Origin: a virus
Lineage: Duplodnaviria; Caudoviricetes
Length of the DNA stretch: 32,107 nt
IMG/VR virus record: IMGVR_UViG_3300036804_000341
Location: 1 to 32,107 of that record
Reading direction: 5' to 3' (one strand)
The position numbers and the translations under genes were made by a program. This document shows, piece by piece, positions 6,556-16,323 of the stretch; position 1 is the first letter of the stretch; the number at the start of each line of letters is the position of its first letter. The notes beneath the pieces were generated by a model, which saw only the letters and a list, made by a program, of their open reading frames with translations, made no database searches and was not told the DNA's origin.

Positions 6556-8778
6556 TTGGCGGTTCAATTCGCTTACCCGTGGAATGTCCCACGGACGGCA
6601 ATAGCCAGCCCATACCTCACTTATGACCAACAGTATCGCCGCGACCGTATGTTCGCGGCTTTGCTACATGCGAGAAAGGTGCTTTCTCTCCAACCTGAGT
6701 GCGTACGGTTTGATGCTTATCGCACCGCTGCAGTGCTGGAGCATAGTCAGGGCAGTCAACGAGCCAATGCTTTTTTAATCAGTTTCTGCAAAAAAGCATT
6801 GCCACGTCTTGAACTGGTCGCAAAAAAATACGAGTGCGCGGGTATAAACAGTAACGTATCAGCCGCGGTTTTCGGTGGTCATTTTGATACCCAGTTAATG
6901 CAATATCTGGCATCGCGCATGGTCAACATGACCGCCAGATACAACCGGCTCCCTGATATGTCGAGAGCTGACGTTGATCTCCTAGCCGCTGATATTGCAA
7001 ATTTCATTCGCTCTGAACTGGCGAATATTGATGATTCTGACTTCGGTGAACTCAAAACCCTTTCTTCCTGGTATATGCATGCCGGGTTTATCTCTTTGCA
7101 ATTTAATGTGGCCCCTCCCGGCTGGGAGCGAGTAACAAAGAAGGTATTCGACAAAGAATATGTTGCCCCTGATGTAATCCGTATGTTTACAGAAACGTGG
7201 TGGCGTGGCCGTCTCCGTCGTGTCGCGGCTGCATGGCGTGAGCACCTGCAAATTGCAGTAGGGAATGTAAGTAAGAAAAAGCACGCTTACGCGAGTAAAA
7301 ACTGTGTAACGGACTGGCGCGAGCAGAAGCGCCGCACGCGTGAGTTTCTCAAAGGTTTGGAGCTCGAAGACGAAGACGGCAATCGCATCAGCTTGATTGA
7401 AAAATACGACGGCTCTGTCGCTAACCCTGCAATTCGTCGCTGCGAGCTAATGACTCGCATCCGTGGGTTTGAAAACATCTGTAATGAACTCGGCTATGTT
7501 GGCGAGTTTTATACATTGACTGCGCCGTCTAAATACCACGCTACAACAAAGGCGGGTTATCGCAATACCAAATGGAAAGGCGCAAGCCCGTCTGATACAC
7601 AAACCTATCTCACCGGCCTTTGGGCGCGGATACGCGCAAAGCTGCATCGTGAGGATGTCCGTATTTTTGGGATCCGCGTTGCTGAACCACATCACGATGG
7701 TACGCCGCACTGGCACATGCTGATGTTTATGCTGCCTGAGGATGCCGAATATGTTCGCTCCGTTATGCGTAAATATGCCAGTAAAGAAGACCACCACGAA
7801 TTGCGAAGCGATAAAGCTCAAAAAGCACGTTTTCACGCCGAAGCGATTGACCCGGAAAAAGGCAGTGCCACCGGCTATATCGCTAAATACATTTCTAAAA
7901 ATATCGACGGCTATGCGCTCGATGGCGAAACAGATGACGAAAGCGGCGAGCTGTTGAAAGAGACGGCTCCCGCCGTTTCAGCGTGGGCGGCACGTTGGCA
8001 CATTCGTCAATTTCAGTTTGTCGGCGGAGCACCGGTGACGGTATATCGCGAGCTACGTCGCCTTGCCGATACTGAGGTGGCGCATGGCCTAAGTGTTGAG
8101 TTTGCCGCCGCCCATGACGCTGCTGACGCGGGTGATTGGGCTGGTTATGTTAATGCGCAGGGTGGCCCGTTTGTCCGTCGTGATGATTTGCAGGTACGCA
8201 CGCTGTATGAACCGCGGGCCGACTTTAACCAGTATGGCGAGGAAACTGTCTGCATTCGTGGTGTGTATGATTCTGCCATTGGTGCTGACACCCCGATTTT
8301 AACCCGACTCACGCAGTGGAAGATCGTGCCGAAGCGCGCCGTTGATTTGGCCGTTGACGTTAAGGGCGATCCTTCGCCCTCTCGGAGTTCTGTCAATAAC
8401 TGTACGGGAAGCGAAAGCGATCCGCCGGAACTCGATTTATCAAAACCTCTCAACCGGCGCGAAAGGCGACAACTTACGAACCGGTTAAGGGTGAAAAAAG
8501 TAACGATTCGTAGAAAGCATATGCACGGAACACCTGAGCAAGGTGCAGCTATAACCAAAGCGATAGATGAGGTTCATGTGAATACCGGCGCTATTATCAG
8601 CCGGGGTGAAGCCCTGCATCTTATTACTGGCGGTAAAAGCTGTTTCAACGGTAAATGGTGCCGGTGTTCTGCCAAGGGTGAGATTTTTTCTGCTGCACCA
8701 TCACATCAGGAAAAGGCTAGGAAAATCCTTAATCGTGTTGCGGTTTTAGCTGACATGGCAAAGAAAAGTAGCCTTTAA
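6556..8778 (+). CDS. A: Rolling-circle replication initiator gpA (HUH endonuclease)
   Basis: EPHHDGTPHWHM HUH motif, YIAKYISKN twin tyrosines, FYTLTAPSKYH; TTG start. Confidence 0.96.
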   Translation: MAVQFAYPWNVPRTAIASPYLTYDQQYRRDRMFAALLHARKVLSLQPECVRFDAYRTAAVLEHSQGSQRANAFLISFCKKALPRLELVAKKYECAGINSNVSAAVFGGHFDTQLMQYLASRMVNMTARYNRLPDMSRADVDLLAADIANFIRSELANIDDSDFGELKTLSSWYMHAGFISLQFNVAPPGWERVTKKVFDKEYVAPDVIRMFTETWWRGRLRRVAAAWREHLQIAVGNVSKKKHAYASKNCVTDWREQKRRTREFLKGLELEDEDGNRISLIEKYDGSVANPAIRRCELMTRIRGFENICNELGYVGEFYTLTAPSKYHATTKAGYRNTKWKGASPSDTQTYLTGLWARIRAKLHREDVRIFGIRVAEPHHDGTPHWHMLMFMLPEDAEYVRSVMRKYASKEDHHELRSDKAQKARFHAEAIDPEKGSATGYIAKYISKNIDGYALDGETDDESGELLKETAPAVSAWAARWHIRQFQFVGGAPVTVYRELRRLADTEVAHGLSVEFAAAHDAADAGDWAGYVNAQGGPFVRRDDLQVRTLYEPRADFNQYGEETVCIRGVYDSAIGADTPILTRLTQWKIVPKRAVDLAVDVKGDPSPSRSSVNNCTGSESDPPELDLSKPLNRRERRQLTNRLRVKKVTIRRKHMHGTPEQGAAITKAIDEVHVNTGAIISRGEALHLITGGKSCFNGKWCRCSAKGEIFSAAPSHQEKARKILNRVAVLADMAKKSSL
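8376..8403 (+). other. Replication origin (gpA nick site) within A
   Basis: CTCG/GAGTTCTGTCAATAACTGT matches the P2/186 ori; nick expected near 8384/8385. Confidence 0.8.
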
Positions 8779-8826
8779 TATTCATCCATATCATGTACAT
8801 ACAATGTATTGCGAGCTGATTTTTTC

Positions 8827-8868
8827 TTCACACCCTTTACCTATACGTGCTACTGTATGTTTATACAG
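8827..8868 (+). promoter_or_regulatory. SOS promoter with LexA box
   Basis: CTGTATGTTTATACAG (8853-8868, CTG-N10-CAG) overlapping an extended -10 TGcTACTGT; -35 TTCACA at 8827. Confidence 0.88.
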
Positions 8869-8888
8869 TGTCTCGTGATGGAGGTTGT

Positions 8889-9329
8889 GTGGATAGAGGT
8901 TTAAACGAACAGGTCATGATTGAGCGGGTCGAGATGATTGCTCGGTTGACGACTGAGGGAACATGTCAGGAAAGGGATCGCGAAATTGCACTGAATTTAA
9001 TTGCTGAGATTGCGAGTGGCAACTTGCTAAAAAACAACTCATATTCTGTTGTTTTCTCACCAACTCCAGTGAAAGAGCGATTAAAGAGAGGGAGCGAAGT
9101 AAGGGTTAATATCACATTGGATAAAGACCAACAGATAGAGCAACAAATAGTCGATGCTTTTCAGGGTGAACTGACTCGACGGGTGCAATCTGCTTTCCCG
9201 CTCACGCGAGTGACAGTAAAAAAAGGTCCGATGACTGGTGTTGAGTTGATGGGGTTTGACAGAGAGTCTGACCGTGAAGCACTCGACGGTATCCTGCAAG
9301 AAGTTTGGGAAGATGAGAGCTGGCGATAG
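8889..9329 (+). CDS. tum: Tum antirepressor with DinI-like C-terminal domain
   Basis: GTG start after GGAGG, 146 aa; MIERVEMIARL...EIALNLIAEIA and DinI-like ILQEVWEDESW; follows the LexA box. Confidence 0.85.
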   Translation: MDRGLNEQVMIERVEMIARLTTEGTCQERDREIALNLIAEIASGNLLKNNSYSVVFSPTPVKERLKRGSEVRVNITLDKDQQIEQQIVDAFQGELTRRVQSAFPLTRVTVKKGPMTGVELMGFDRESDREALDGILQEVWEDESWR

Positions 9330-9355
9330 TTTTCATAAAAAAGGTGAAGACACTG

Positions 9356-9387
9356 ACCTCATGTTTGATAGCATGGGGTTGTTTTTT
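9356..9387 (+). terminator. Possible intrinsic terminator after tum
   Basis: GACCTCATG-tttgatag-CATGGGGTT (with G-U pairs) then GTTTTTT. Confidence 0.5.
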
Positions 9388-9411
9388 ATGGGGATTATAA
9401 AAAGGAATGTT

Positions 9412-10143
9412 ATGGATACTTTAATTGCAATACTTTCTCTGGTGCTGTTTCTCGCCTTTATAGCAGGGCTGATAAAACCTTCGTTAGTAAAAATGCCTAA
9501 CCGCAAGAAATCTAGTCTCATTTATCTCAGTGGTGCAATTGTGCTTTCCGTTATTGGCTCAACTCTCTACCCAACAGAGCCTGCAGCGACAGCAAGTAAA
9601 GTTGCTTCTGCCACCGAAGCCGCAAAGCCTAAAGAGTTTGAATATGCTGATTTAAGCTTGGGCGATTATCGCGATAAGTTTCAAGAGAAACGTCACGAAA
9701 TAATCACCAGTTATGCTGAATTCAAAAATATTCCACAATCAGCTATTGACGGCCTTTATGCCTGCATGAGCCAGTACGCGTTTACCAAAGATCGCGAGCT
9801 AAAACTAAACGAAGTGTTGGGATGGTGTCATACTGAATATGAAACTACTCCTGACACGCTTGCGAAGCTGATCAATATTGACTCCTTTACAAGTAATTTC
9901 AGCGGTTGGGATGGTGCCTATCGCCCACTTGAAAAGCTAATCAAAAACAACATGAATGATGATGGTTCGTACAAGCATGTTGAAACCCGCATCGCACAAT
10001 TAGAATTAAAAAATGACCCGTACGCCATTATAAAAACAACTTTCAAAGGTAAAAATGCTTTTGGTGGCGTGATTAAAGAAACTGTGACTGCGCGCGTTGA
10101 CGTTAGAACGGGCGAGGTAGAGAAGATTTTGCAAGAACGTTAA
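9412..10143 (+). CDS. Membrane protein with two N-terminal TM helices, probably 186 Orf97-like (possible superinfection exclusion)
   Basis: AAGGA RBS, ATG 9412, 243 aa; hydrophobic LIAILSLVLFLAFIAGLI and LIYLSGAIVLSVIG; directly after tum. Confidence 0.7.
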   Translation: MDTLIAILSLVLFLAFIAGLIKPSLVKMPNRKKSSLIYLSGAIVLSVIGSTLYPTEPAATASKVASATEAAKPKEFEYADLSLGDYRDKFQEKRHEIITSYAEFKNIPQSAIDGLYACMSQYAFTKDRELKLNEVLGWCHTEYETTPDTLAKLINIDSFTSNFSGWDGAYRPLEKLIKNNMNDDGSYKHVETRIAQLELKNDPYAIIKTTFKGKNAFGGVIKETVTARVDVRTGEVEKILQER

Positions 10144-10154
10144 TGTCTAACGCC

Positions 10155-10185
10155 GCCAGTGCTGAAATTTTTTTTCAGTACTGGC
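10155..10185. terminator. Hairpin between convergent genes
   Basis: GCCAGTGCTGAAA...TTTCAGTACTGGC, 13-bp stem with one G-U pair. Confidence 0.55.
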
Positions 10186-10221
10186 AGGGCTGAACAGCGA
10201 GGAGTTAGTGGATTAATGCTG

Positions 10222-10956
10222 CTATTTATTAAAAAAATCGAGTAGCGCCACCCCATTAGCTCCGAGGCTTACAACTCCTTCAACACTATTAATCGACGAA
10301 ATTGTTTTCTTTAGAATGTTTTTTAATTTTGAACCTTCCTCTGTTGTGGTAACGACTTCGTTAAATGATTCTGACATGCAAGCATGTCCCATTGTGGCCT
10401 CTGTTGCTGAGATTATGGGTTCAATACCAGTTATTTCATAATCTTCAAAGGCTCTGATCATATTGTTGATATAATGCAAGATGTCTTTTTTTAGCTCGGT
10501 TGAGAAACTAGAGTTAATGATTGAGCTTTTCAGTTCTAAGAGTTGTTTTTTTATTTCTTCCAGTTGTTCATCTTTGATTTGACCGACTTGCCCTTTAGTT
10601 TTGAATAAAACTGATAACATCCCAAGGTCATTTAAGGCTTGGTCAGTTATTCTGTTAATTGTGCTTTGCAGAGGATCGGTAAGGCTTAAGTGTGCAAAAA
10701 ATTTATTAACACTTGGTCTCCAATTTGGAGCGGTGATTTCTTCTCCTGGAAAATAATCTTGTATTGTGGCGTCAATCTTTCTCGCAAGGCTCATAAGTTT
10801 GGATATTTTATCCCACAAGATAATTTCATTTTCTATGTTATGTTCTAGCTCAAACACGTCCAACAGAGCTTTTTTTGTTGCTATGGTGAGACCGGGTTGT
10901 GTTCTGAGATTGATAAAAAAATTTCGTAACGTATGTGCTGAGTTGTCGATAAACAT
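10222..10956 (-). CDS. Hypothetical all-helical protein (moron in the A-Q hotspot)
   Basis: 244-aa AT-rich ORF from ATG 10956 with AGGGA RBS and upstream promoter; no recognised family. Confidence 0.8.
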   Translation of the reverse strand: MFIDNSAHTLRNFFINLRTQPGLTIATKKALLDVFELEHNIENEIILWDKISKLMSLARKIDATIQDYFPGEEITAPNWRPSVNKFFAHLSLTDPLQSTINRITDQALNDLGMLSVLFKTKGQVGQIKDEQLEEIKKQLLELKSSIINSSFSTELKKDILHYINNMIRAFEDYEITGIEPIISATEATMGHACMSESFNEVVTTTEEGSKLKNILKKTISSINSVEGVVSLGANGVALLDFFNK

Positions 10957-10978
10957 GGAAAAATCCCTAAAGATGAAA

Positions 10979-11007
10979 ATATTACTGAAAGAAGTTATTG
11001 CGATCAA
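10979..11007 (-). promoter_or_regulatory. sigma70 promoter for the hotspot moron
   Basis: Minus strand TTGATC-N17-TAATAT; the -10 ends 22 bp upstream of ATG 10956. Confidence 0.6.
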
Positions 11008-11138
11008 TGATCTCTGCATCTAGTTGCTGCATGCAAATGCATTTGTTTCAGAGCACATCAAACTCCCTGTCGCGCTTGCACTGTCGCGGTGTCCGGGCAC
11101 TACTACAACTGCATTAAAATCGACCCATAAAGCGGGCA

Positions 11139-11157
11139 GGCGTGGCGGGGAAAGCAT
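11139..11157 (+). other. cos site (19-nt cohesive end)
   Basis: GGCGTGGCGGGGAAAGCAT, the 186-type cohesive end, just downstream of Q. Confidence 0.92.
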
Positions 11158-11299
11158 TGCGCGCCAGCGGTGGTGTGTATTATTAAAAATTATCGTCTGA
11201 GCGCGTCGTGACGGCTCGGATGTGGGTGCTGTCGGTTCGTTGGTGGTTGGGGGTGGTCGTGCGCGCGTGGCGCGCCTGAGGCGTGATGGTGCCGGGTGT

Positions 11300-11322
11300 A
11301 AAAAAGCCGCCATGATGGCGGC
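11300..11322 (-). terminator. Terminator of the P-Q operon
   Basis: GCCGCCA-tca-TGGCGGC then TTTTTT on the minus strand. Confidence 0.85.
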
Positions 11323-11333
11323 CTGATGGGGGA

Positions 11334-12380
11334 TTATTCCGGGTTGTCGAGCGTGTACTCTTTGAACCTGATGACCTCGACGCCGAGCCAGTCGTTGACC
11401 TCTCTGAACCTGTCCTGGAGTGGTGACAGCTCGTTACGCACAAACACCTTTGCCACCTTCTCAACGTCACCGAGCGAACCGATATTCTCAGGTTTGCCGC
11501 CCATGAGCTGAAACGGTACGCGGTGCGCATCCATCAGGTCAGCGGCGCTGACTTTCTTTATGTTGAAAAAGTCGTCTTTCGTGGCGACCTCACTCAATGG
11601 CACGATTTTAATACCGTCCGTTTTTCCGCCGGGAGCGTAGAAAAACAGATTCTTAAAGTTACCCAATCCTTTTGAGCTGCGCATTGCGTCGCGTAATGCC
11701 TCGACGTCGGTCGCACTCTGCGCTGCGTCGGTCACGTACATGATGTACCCCGCGTGCGCGCCGTTCTGGTAATACTTTCGACGAAACAATGTGGCCGACT
11801 CATTCAGCCAGGCGGAATTGAGTGCGCTCAGGTATTCCGGCAGACCGTAAATCTCCTGATTAATGTCAGGCTCCAGCAGGTGAAACACGCTGTCAGGCGC
11901 AAACTCATGCGGTGTAGTGAAGTTTTCCACAAACCAAAAAATCGAATCATCGACCCCGCGTCGGGTGTATTTTGCCGGTGAGGTCAGCAGTTTGAGTAAC
12001 TGACCGGTAACGCTTTTGCGCTGCTCAAGAAAGGCGTTACCGAAAACCAGATAGTCGAGCGCGAAGCGGCTGAAATCTTGTCGTGAGAGAAGCGGGTGCG
12101 GAATGTAGGTGCTGGCGAGTACGTTGCGTTTGACGTAAATCGGCGAGCTGTGATGCACGGCAGAGCGCAGGCTCTTTGCCAGACCGGAGAAGTTGACCGG
12201 TGGCTCGTACCATTTACCGTTACTGAAACACTCGACGTAATCCAGAATGTCGCGTTTATCGAGCACCGGCACCGGCTCACCAAAGGTGAACGCTGTCGTT
12301 TTTGGCGGTGCGCTGGCGGTCAGTTGCTGTGGCTGGCTGGCTTTCAGCGCAGCGGCTTTACGGGATTTTTGCTTACCCAT
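11334..12380 (-). CDS. Q: Portal protein
   Basis: AFTFGEPVPVLD, WYEPP, QEIYGLPEY, YYQNGAHAG. Confidence 0.96.
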   Translation of the reverse strand: MGKQKSRKAAALKASQPQQLTASAPPKTTAFTFGEPVPVLDKRDILDYVECFSNGKWYEPPVNFSGLAKSLRSAVHHSSPIYVKRNVLASTYIPHPLLSRQDFSRFALDYLVFGNAFLEQRKSVTGQLLKLLTSPAKYTRRGVDDSIFWFVENFTTPHEFAPDSVFHLLEPDINQEIYGLPEYLSALNSAWLNESATLFRRKYYQNGAHAGYIMYVTDAAQSATDVEALRDAMRSSKGLGNFKNLFFYAPGGKTDGIKIVPLSEVATKDDFFNIKKVSAADLMDAHRVPFQLMGGKPENIGSLGDVEKVAKVFVRNELSPLQDRFREVNDWLGVEVIRFKEYTLDNPE

Positions 12381-14149
12381 TAGTTGAACTCCAGAATAGA
12401 TTTAGGTTGCATGCCGCTACCGGCTGAAAGTGGTTCGTTTAACAGGGCGTGCATGGTCGCCCATGCGATATCGGCGTGACTGGCTTCCTCGGTGCGGCTG
12501 GCCTCATAGGTCGCGCTGCGCCCGCTGCTGGTCATGGTTTTGCGAATCGACATAAACGACTGCGTGACGTCCGTCGCCCCGGCGTCGTATTCCAGACAAC
12601 CGCGCCGAATGGTGTCTTTTGCCTTGAGTACCATCGCGGTTTTCATTTCGGGCGTGTAGCGGATGCCGCGTGCCGCCGGGAAGAATGATTTCACCAGTTG
12701 AAACACGCCGAGGCCGAGGCCTGTCGCGTCAATGCCGATGTATTCGACGTTATATTTTTCAGTCAGCTTGCGGATGCCCTCAGCCTGAGCGGCAAAGTCC
12801 ATGCCTTTCCACTGGTGACGCTCCAGCATGCGGAATTTGCCACCCGACACCACCGGCGGCGCGAGCACCACGCACCCGGCACTGTCGCCGGTATGTGACG
12901 GGTCGTAACCAATCCAGACCGGGCGCGAGTCGAACGGATAATCGGCAAACGGCGCATAGTCCTCCCATTCTTCCAGCGAATCGACCATGCAGCGTTGCAG
13001 CTCCTCGAACGGGAACACCGACGCTTTATCGTCGACGAACTCGCACATAAACAAGTTCTTAAAATCGTCATTGCTGTTTTCGCGTTTGAGCTGGTCGAGG
13101 TCGAACAGGGTGCAGCCACCGGCGAGTGCGTCCTCGATAGTGACAATCTGCCGCCACTGACCATCGCCGCAAACCAGCCCACCGGCGAGCGCGGTGTGAC
13201 TTGTGTCGATTTCGATACGGTCGGCGGCACTGGCGCGACCCTTGTTGAACAGCTCGCCAGACCAGAACGGGTAAGCACCGTGTGCCAGTGTCGACGGTGT
13301 TGAGAAGTAGGTCGAGCGCAGATGGCTTTGCGAGGCCATGCCCGAGGCGACTTTGCGCAACTTCTGAAAGTTCGGGATCCAGAAAATTTCATCGACATAC
13401 AGGTCGCCGTTATGGCTCTGCGCGGTGTTGGAGTTGGTGCCGAGAAAAATCAGTTTTGCGCCGTTGTTACCGATGACAATCGGGTCGCCGGTCAGGTCGA
13501 CGTCGACCAGTCGCGCAAACTGGATGATGTATTCGCGGAACACATACGCCTGCGTTTTACTGGCTGACAGGAATATCTGATTGTGGCCGGTCTTGAGGGC
13601 GCGCAGCAGTGCCTCGCGGGAGAAATAGAACGTCGCGCCAATCTGGCGTGATTTAAGAATGTCGCGGATGCGGTGTGTGAGTCCGGCGTGGTACCACTGC
13701 AACTGATAATCAAACGACTGGTCGAAAAATAATTCCTCCAGTTTCTCGATGGCCTCGTCGCTGAAATAGTTCTTTTTCGGCTGCTTGCGCTCGCCTTTGT
13801 TGCGGTTGGCGACGTTGGGATTCAGGTCTGCTTCGTTGCCTGTCTGGCTGTAGCGGTTAACGCGCGCCAGCCGCTCTATCTGTCGCCCGAGCAGGTCAAT
13901 CTCTTTGAAGTCGCTGCCTGACTTTTGCGGTTTGGCGATGAGCTGAATGAGTCGCGCCTCTAAGCTGCTTTCGACGCGGGAAATCGGTGCAATGCCGTCC
14001 CAGCCGTCGCGCTGCTTCCAGCTCTGAACCGTCGGACGTTTGACCTGCAGCATGTCGGCAATCTGTGGCACGGAAAAGCCCTGCCAGTAAAGCAGTGACG
14101 CCTGTCGTCGCGGGTCATGCATGAGCGTTGTATCGGTGGAAATGGTCAT
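12380..14149 (-). CDS. P: Terminase ATPase subunit
   Basis: ILKSRQIGAT, LYVDEIFW, WIGYDP, HADIAWA; 589 aa. Confidence 0.97.
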   Translation of the reverse strand: MTISTDTTLMHDPRRQASLLYWQGFSVPQIADMLQVKRPTVQSWKQRDGWDGIAPISRVESSLEARLIQLIAKPQKSGSDFKEIDLLGRQIERLARVNRYSQTGNEADLNPNVANRNKGERKQPKKNYFSDEAIEKLEELFFDQSFDYQLQWYHAGLTHRIRDILKSRQIGATFYFSREALLRALKTGHNQIFLSASKTQAYVFREYIIQFARLVDVDLTGDPIVIGNNGAKLIFLGTNSNTAQSHNGDLYVDEIFWIPNFQKLRKVASGMASQSHLRSTYFSTPSTLAHGAYPFWSGELFNKGRASAADRIEIDTSHTALAGGLVCGDGQWRQIVTIEDALAGGCTLFDLDQLKRENSNDDFKNLFMCEFVDDKASVFPFEELQRCMVDSLEEWEDYAPFADYPFDSRPVWIGYDPSHTGDSAGCVVLAPPVVSGGKFRMLERHQWKGMDFAAQAEGIRKLTEKYNVEYIGIDATGLGLGVFQLVKSFFPAARGIRYTPEMKTAMVLKAKDTIRRGCLEYDAGATDVTQSFMSIRKTMTSSGRSATYEASRTEEASHADIAWATMHALLNEPLSAGSGMQPKSILEFN

Positions 14150-14218
14150 TGATGCCTCGCCGTAGTGGATTCAGGGCAAGGCTACTTAATGGCCGTCAGT
14201 GATTCGCTAAGGTGCTGT

Positions 14219-14236
14219 TGTGTGGGCGGTTGTCCA
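14219..14236. promoter_or_regulatory. Ogr/B late-activator site between divergent P and O
   Basis: TGT-N12-CCA, close to the TGT-N12-ACA consensus. Confidence 0.5.
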
Positions 14237-14314
14237 GTCGTCATTGGTGGTCTGGTGTGGCCTGAGTCTGGAAACTGGCGGTGACCAGTAACCCCAACAT
14301 CAGGACTCCTGACA

Positions 14315-15169
14315 ATGGCAAAAAAAGTCTCAAAGTTTTTCCGCATCGGCGTCGAGGGTGACACCTGCGACGGTCGCATCATCAGCGGCACCGATATTCA
14401 GGAAATGGCAACGTCGTTTGACCCGCGCGTCTACGGTTGCCGCATCAACCTCGAACACCTGCGCGGCATTCTGCCTGACGGTGTATTCAAGCGTTATGGC
14501 GATGTGTCCGAACTGAAAGCCGAGCTGATTGACGATGATTCTGCGCTCAATGGCAAATGGGCATTGTTCGCCAAAATCACCCCGACTGATGACCTTATCG
14601 CGATGAATAAAGATTCGCAGAAGGTCTACACCTCAATGGAAATCCAGCCGAATTTTGCCAACAGCGGTAAATGCTACCTTGTCGGCCTCGCGGTTACCGA
14701 TGACCCGGCGAGCCTCGGCACCGAATACCTCGAATTCTGCCGCAATGCGAAGCACAACCCGCTCAAACGCTTCAAAGCCAGCCCTGAGAACGTATTTTCT
14801 GCCGCCACGCTGGCAGAGCTGGAATTTGAAGACATTCCCGACACCGTGCTCAACAGCCTTGCTGACAAGGTAAAAGCCATTTTCAGCCGCAAGCAGGTCA
14901 GCGACGACGCACGCCTGAGCGATGTGCATGAAGCTGTGACCACCGTCAGCGAACATGTGCAGGCCAACCTCACTGCGCAGGATAAGCGCCTGTCTGATAT
15001 GGAAAGCGCTTTCGACACCCTCAAGCAGGATTTGACCGGCAAGGTTACTGAAACCAGCCAGGCATTCACCACCCTGAAAACCAGTCTCGAACAGCAGGAA
15101 AATTTCACGCAATCGCGCCGACCAGTCGCCAGTGGTGGCGGTGGTGATGAGCTGCTGACTAACTGCTGA
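14315..15169 (+). CDS. O: Capsid scaffolding protein/protease
   Basis: FFRIGVEGDTCDGR, GLAVTDDPASLGTE; 284 aa. Confidence 0.96.
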   Translation: MAKKVSKFFRIGVEGDTCDGRIISGTDIQEMATSFDPRVYGCRINLEHLRGILPDGVFKRYGDVSELKAELIDDDSALNGKWALFAKITPTDDLIAMNKDSQKVYTSMEIQPNFANSGKCYLVGLAVTDDPASLGTEYLEFCRNAKHNPLKRFKASPENVFSAATLAELEFEDIPDTVLNSLADKVKAIFSRKQVSDDARLSDVHEAVTTVSEHVQANLTAQDKRLSDMESAFDTLKQDLTGKVTETSQAFTTLKTSLEQQENFTQSRRPVASGGGGDELLTNC

Positions 15170-15245
15170 CAGACCGCAGACCCGAAATCGGGCGGTAACC
15201 CCGCCCGACGCTGTGAACAACCGATTCATTCAAACAGGAAAGACT

Positions 15246-16319
15246 ATGCGTCAGGAAACCCGTTTTAAATTCAATGCCTATCTGACTCAGATTGCCAAAC
15301 TGAACGGCATCACCACCGACGATGTGGCAAAAAAATTCTCCGTCGAGCCGTCCGTCACGCAAACGCTGATGAACACCGTGCAGGCGTCCTCCGCATTTTT
15401 GCAGACGATTAACATGCTGCCGGTTGCAGAGATGAAGGGCGAAAAAATCGGCGTGGGTGTGACCGGCACCATCGCCAGCACGACTGACACCTCGGGCGAC
15501 GACGAGCGTAAGACCGCTGATGTAACTGCGCTTGAGTCCAGTAAATATGAGTGCGACCAGATTAACTTTGACTTCCATCTGACCTATAAACGCCTCGACC
15601 TGTGGGCGCGTTTTCAGGACTTCCAGCGTCGCATTCGCGATGCGATTGTCCAGCGTCAGGCGCTTGATTTCATCATGGCAGGTTTCAACGGTACCACCCG
15701 CGCCGCCACCTCTGACCGCAGCAAAAACCCGATGCTGCAGGATGTGGCCGTCGGCTGGCTGCAGAAGTACCGCAACGAAGCCTCGGCGCGCGTGATGAGC
15801 AAAATCACCGACGGTGACGGCAATGTTGTTTCTGCTGTGATCCGCGTCGGTAAAAATGGCGACTATGAGAACCTCGACGCGCTGGTGATGGACGGTACCA
15901 ACAACCTGATTGACGAGATTTATCAGGATGACCCGAACCTCGTCGCTATCGTTGGCCGCAAGTTGCTAGCCGACAAATATTTCCCGCTGGTCAACAAACA
16001 GCAGGAAAACAGCGAATCACTCGCGGCAGATATCATCATCAGCCAGAAGCGAATCGGCAATCTGCCTGCCGTGCGTGTGCCGTACTTCCCGGCTGATGCA
16101 GTGCTGGTGACCACGCTGGAAAACCTTTCCATCTACTTCATGGATGAAAGCCACCGCCGCAGCATTGATGAGAACTCAAAGCGCGACCGCGTCGAAAACT
16201 ACGAGTCGATGAACATCGACTATGTGGTCGAAGCGTATGCCGCCGGTTGTCTGCTGGAAAACATCACCCTGGGCGATTTCACCGCGCCAGAAGTCGAAGC
16301 ACCGGCAGGCGGAGAGTAA
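15246..16319 (+). CDS. N: Major capsid protein
   Basis: MRQETRFKFNAY, FSVEPSVTQTL, NPMLQDVAVGWLQK; 357 aa. Confidence 0.97.
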   Translation: MRQETRFKFNAYLTQIAKLNGITTDDVAKKFSVEPSVTQTLMNTVQASSAFLQTINMLPVAEMKGEKIGVGVTGTIASTTDTSGDDERKTADVTALESSKYECDQINFDFHLTYKRLDLWARFQDFQRRIRDAIVQRQALDFIMAGFNGTTRAATSDRSKNPMLQDVAVGWLQKYRNEASARVMSKITDGDGNVVSAVIRVGKNGDYENLDALVMDGTNNLIDEIYQDDPNLVAIVGRKLLADKYFPLVNKQQENSESLAADIIISQKRIGNLPAVRVPYFPADAVLVTTLENLSIYFMDESHRRSIDENSKRDRVENYESMNIDYVVEAYAAGCLLENITLGDFTAPEVEAPAGGE

Positions 16320-16323
16320 ACCC

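Noticed and set aside
8847-9411. Longer starts for tum (8847) and the membrane gene (9256)
   Set aside because: They overlap the LexA box or tum; good RBSs support 8889 and 9412.
10957-11019. Upstream start (11019) of the hotspot gene
   Set aside because: It would include the predicted promoter; the RBS supports ATG 10956.
11020-11313. 97-aa ORF over cos
   Set aside because: This is the GC-rich packaging region containing cos and a terminator; the translation is low-complexity.
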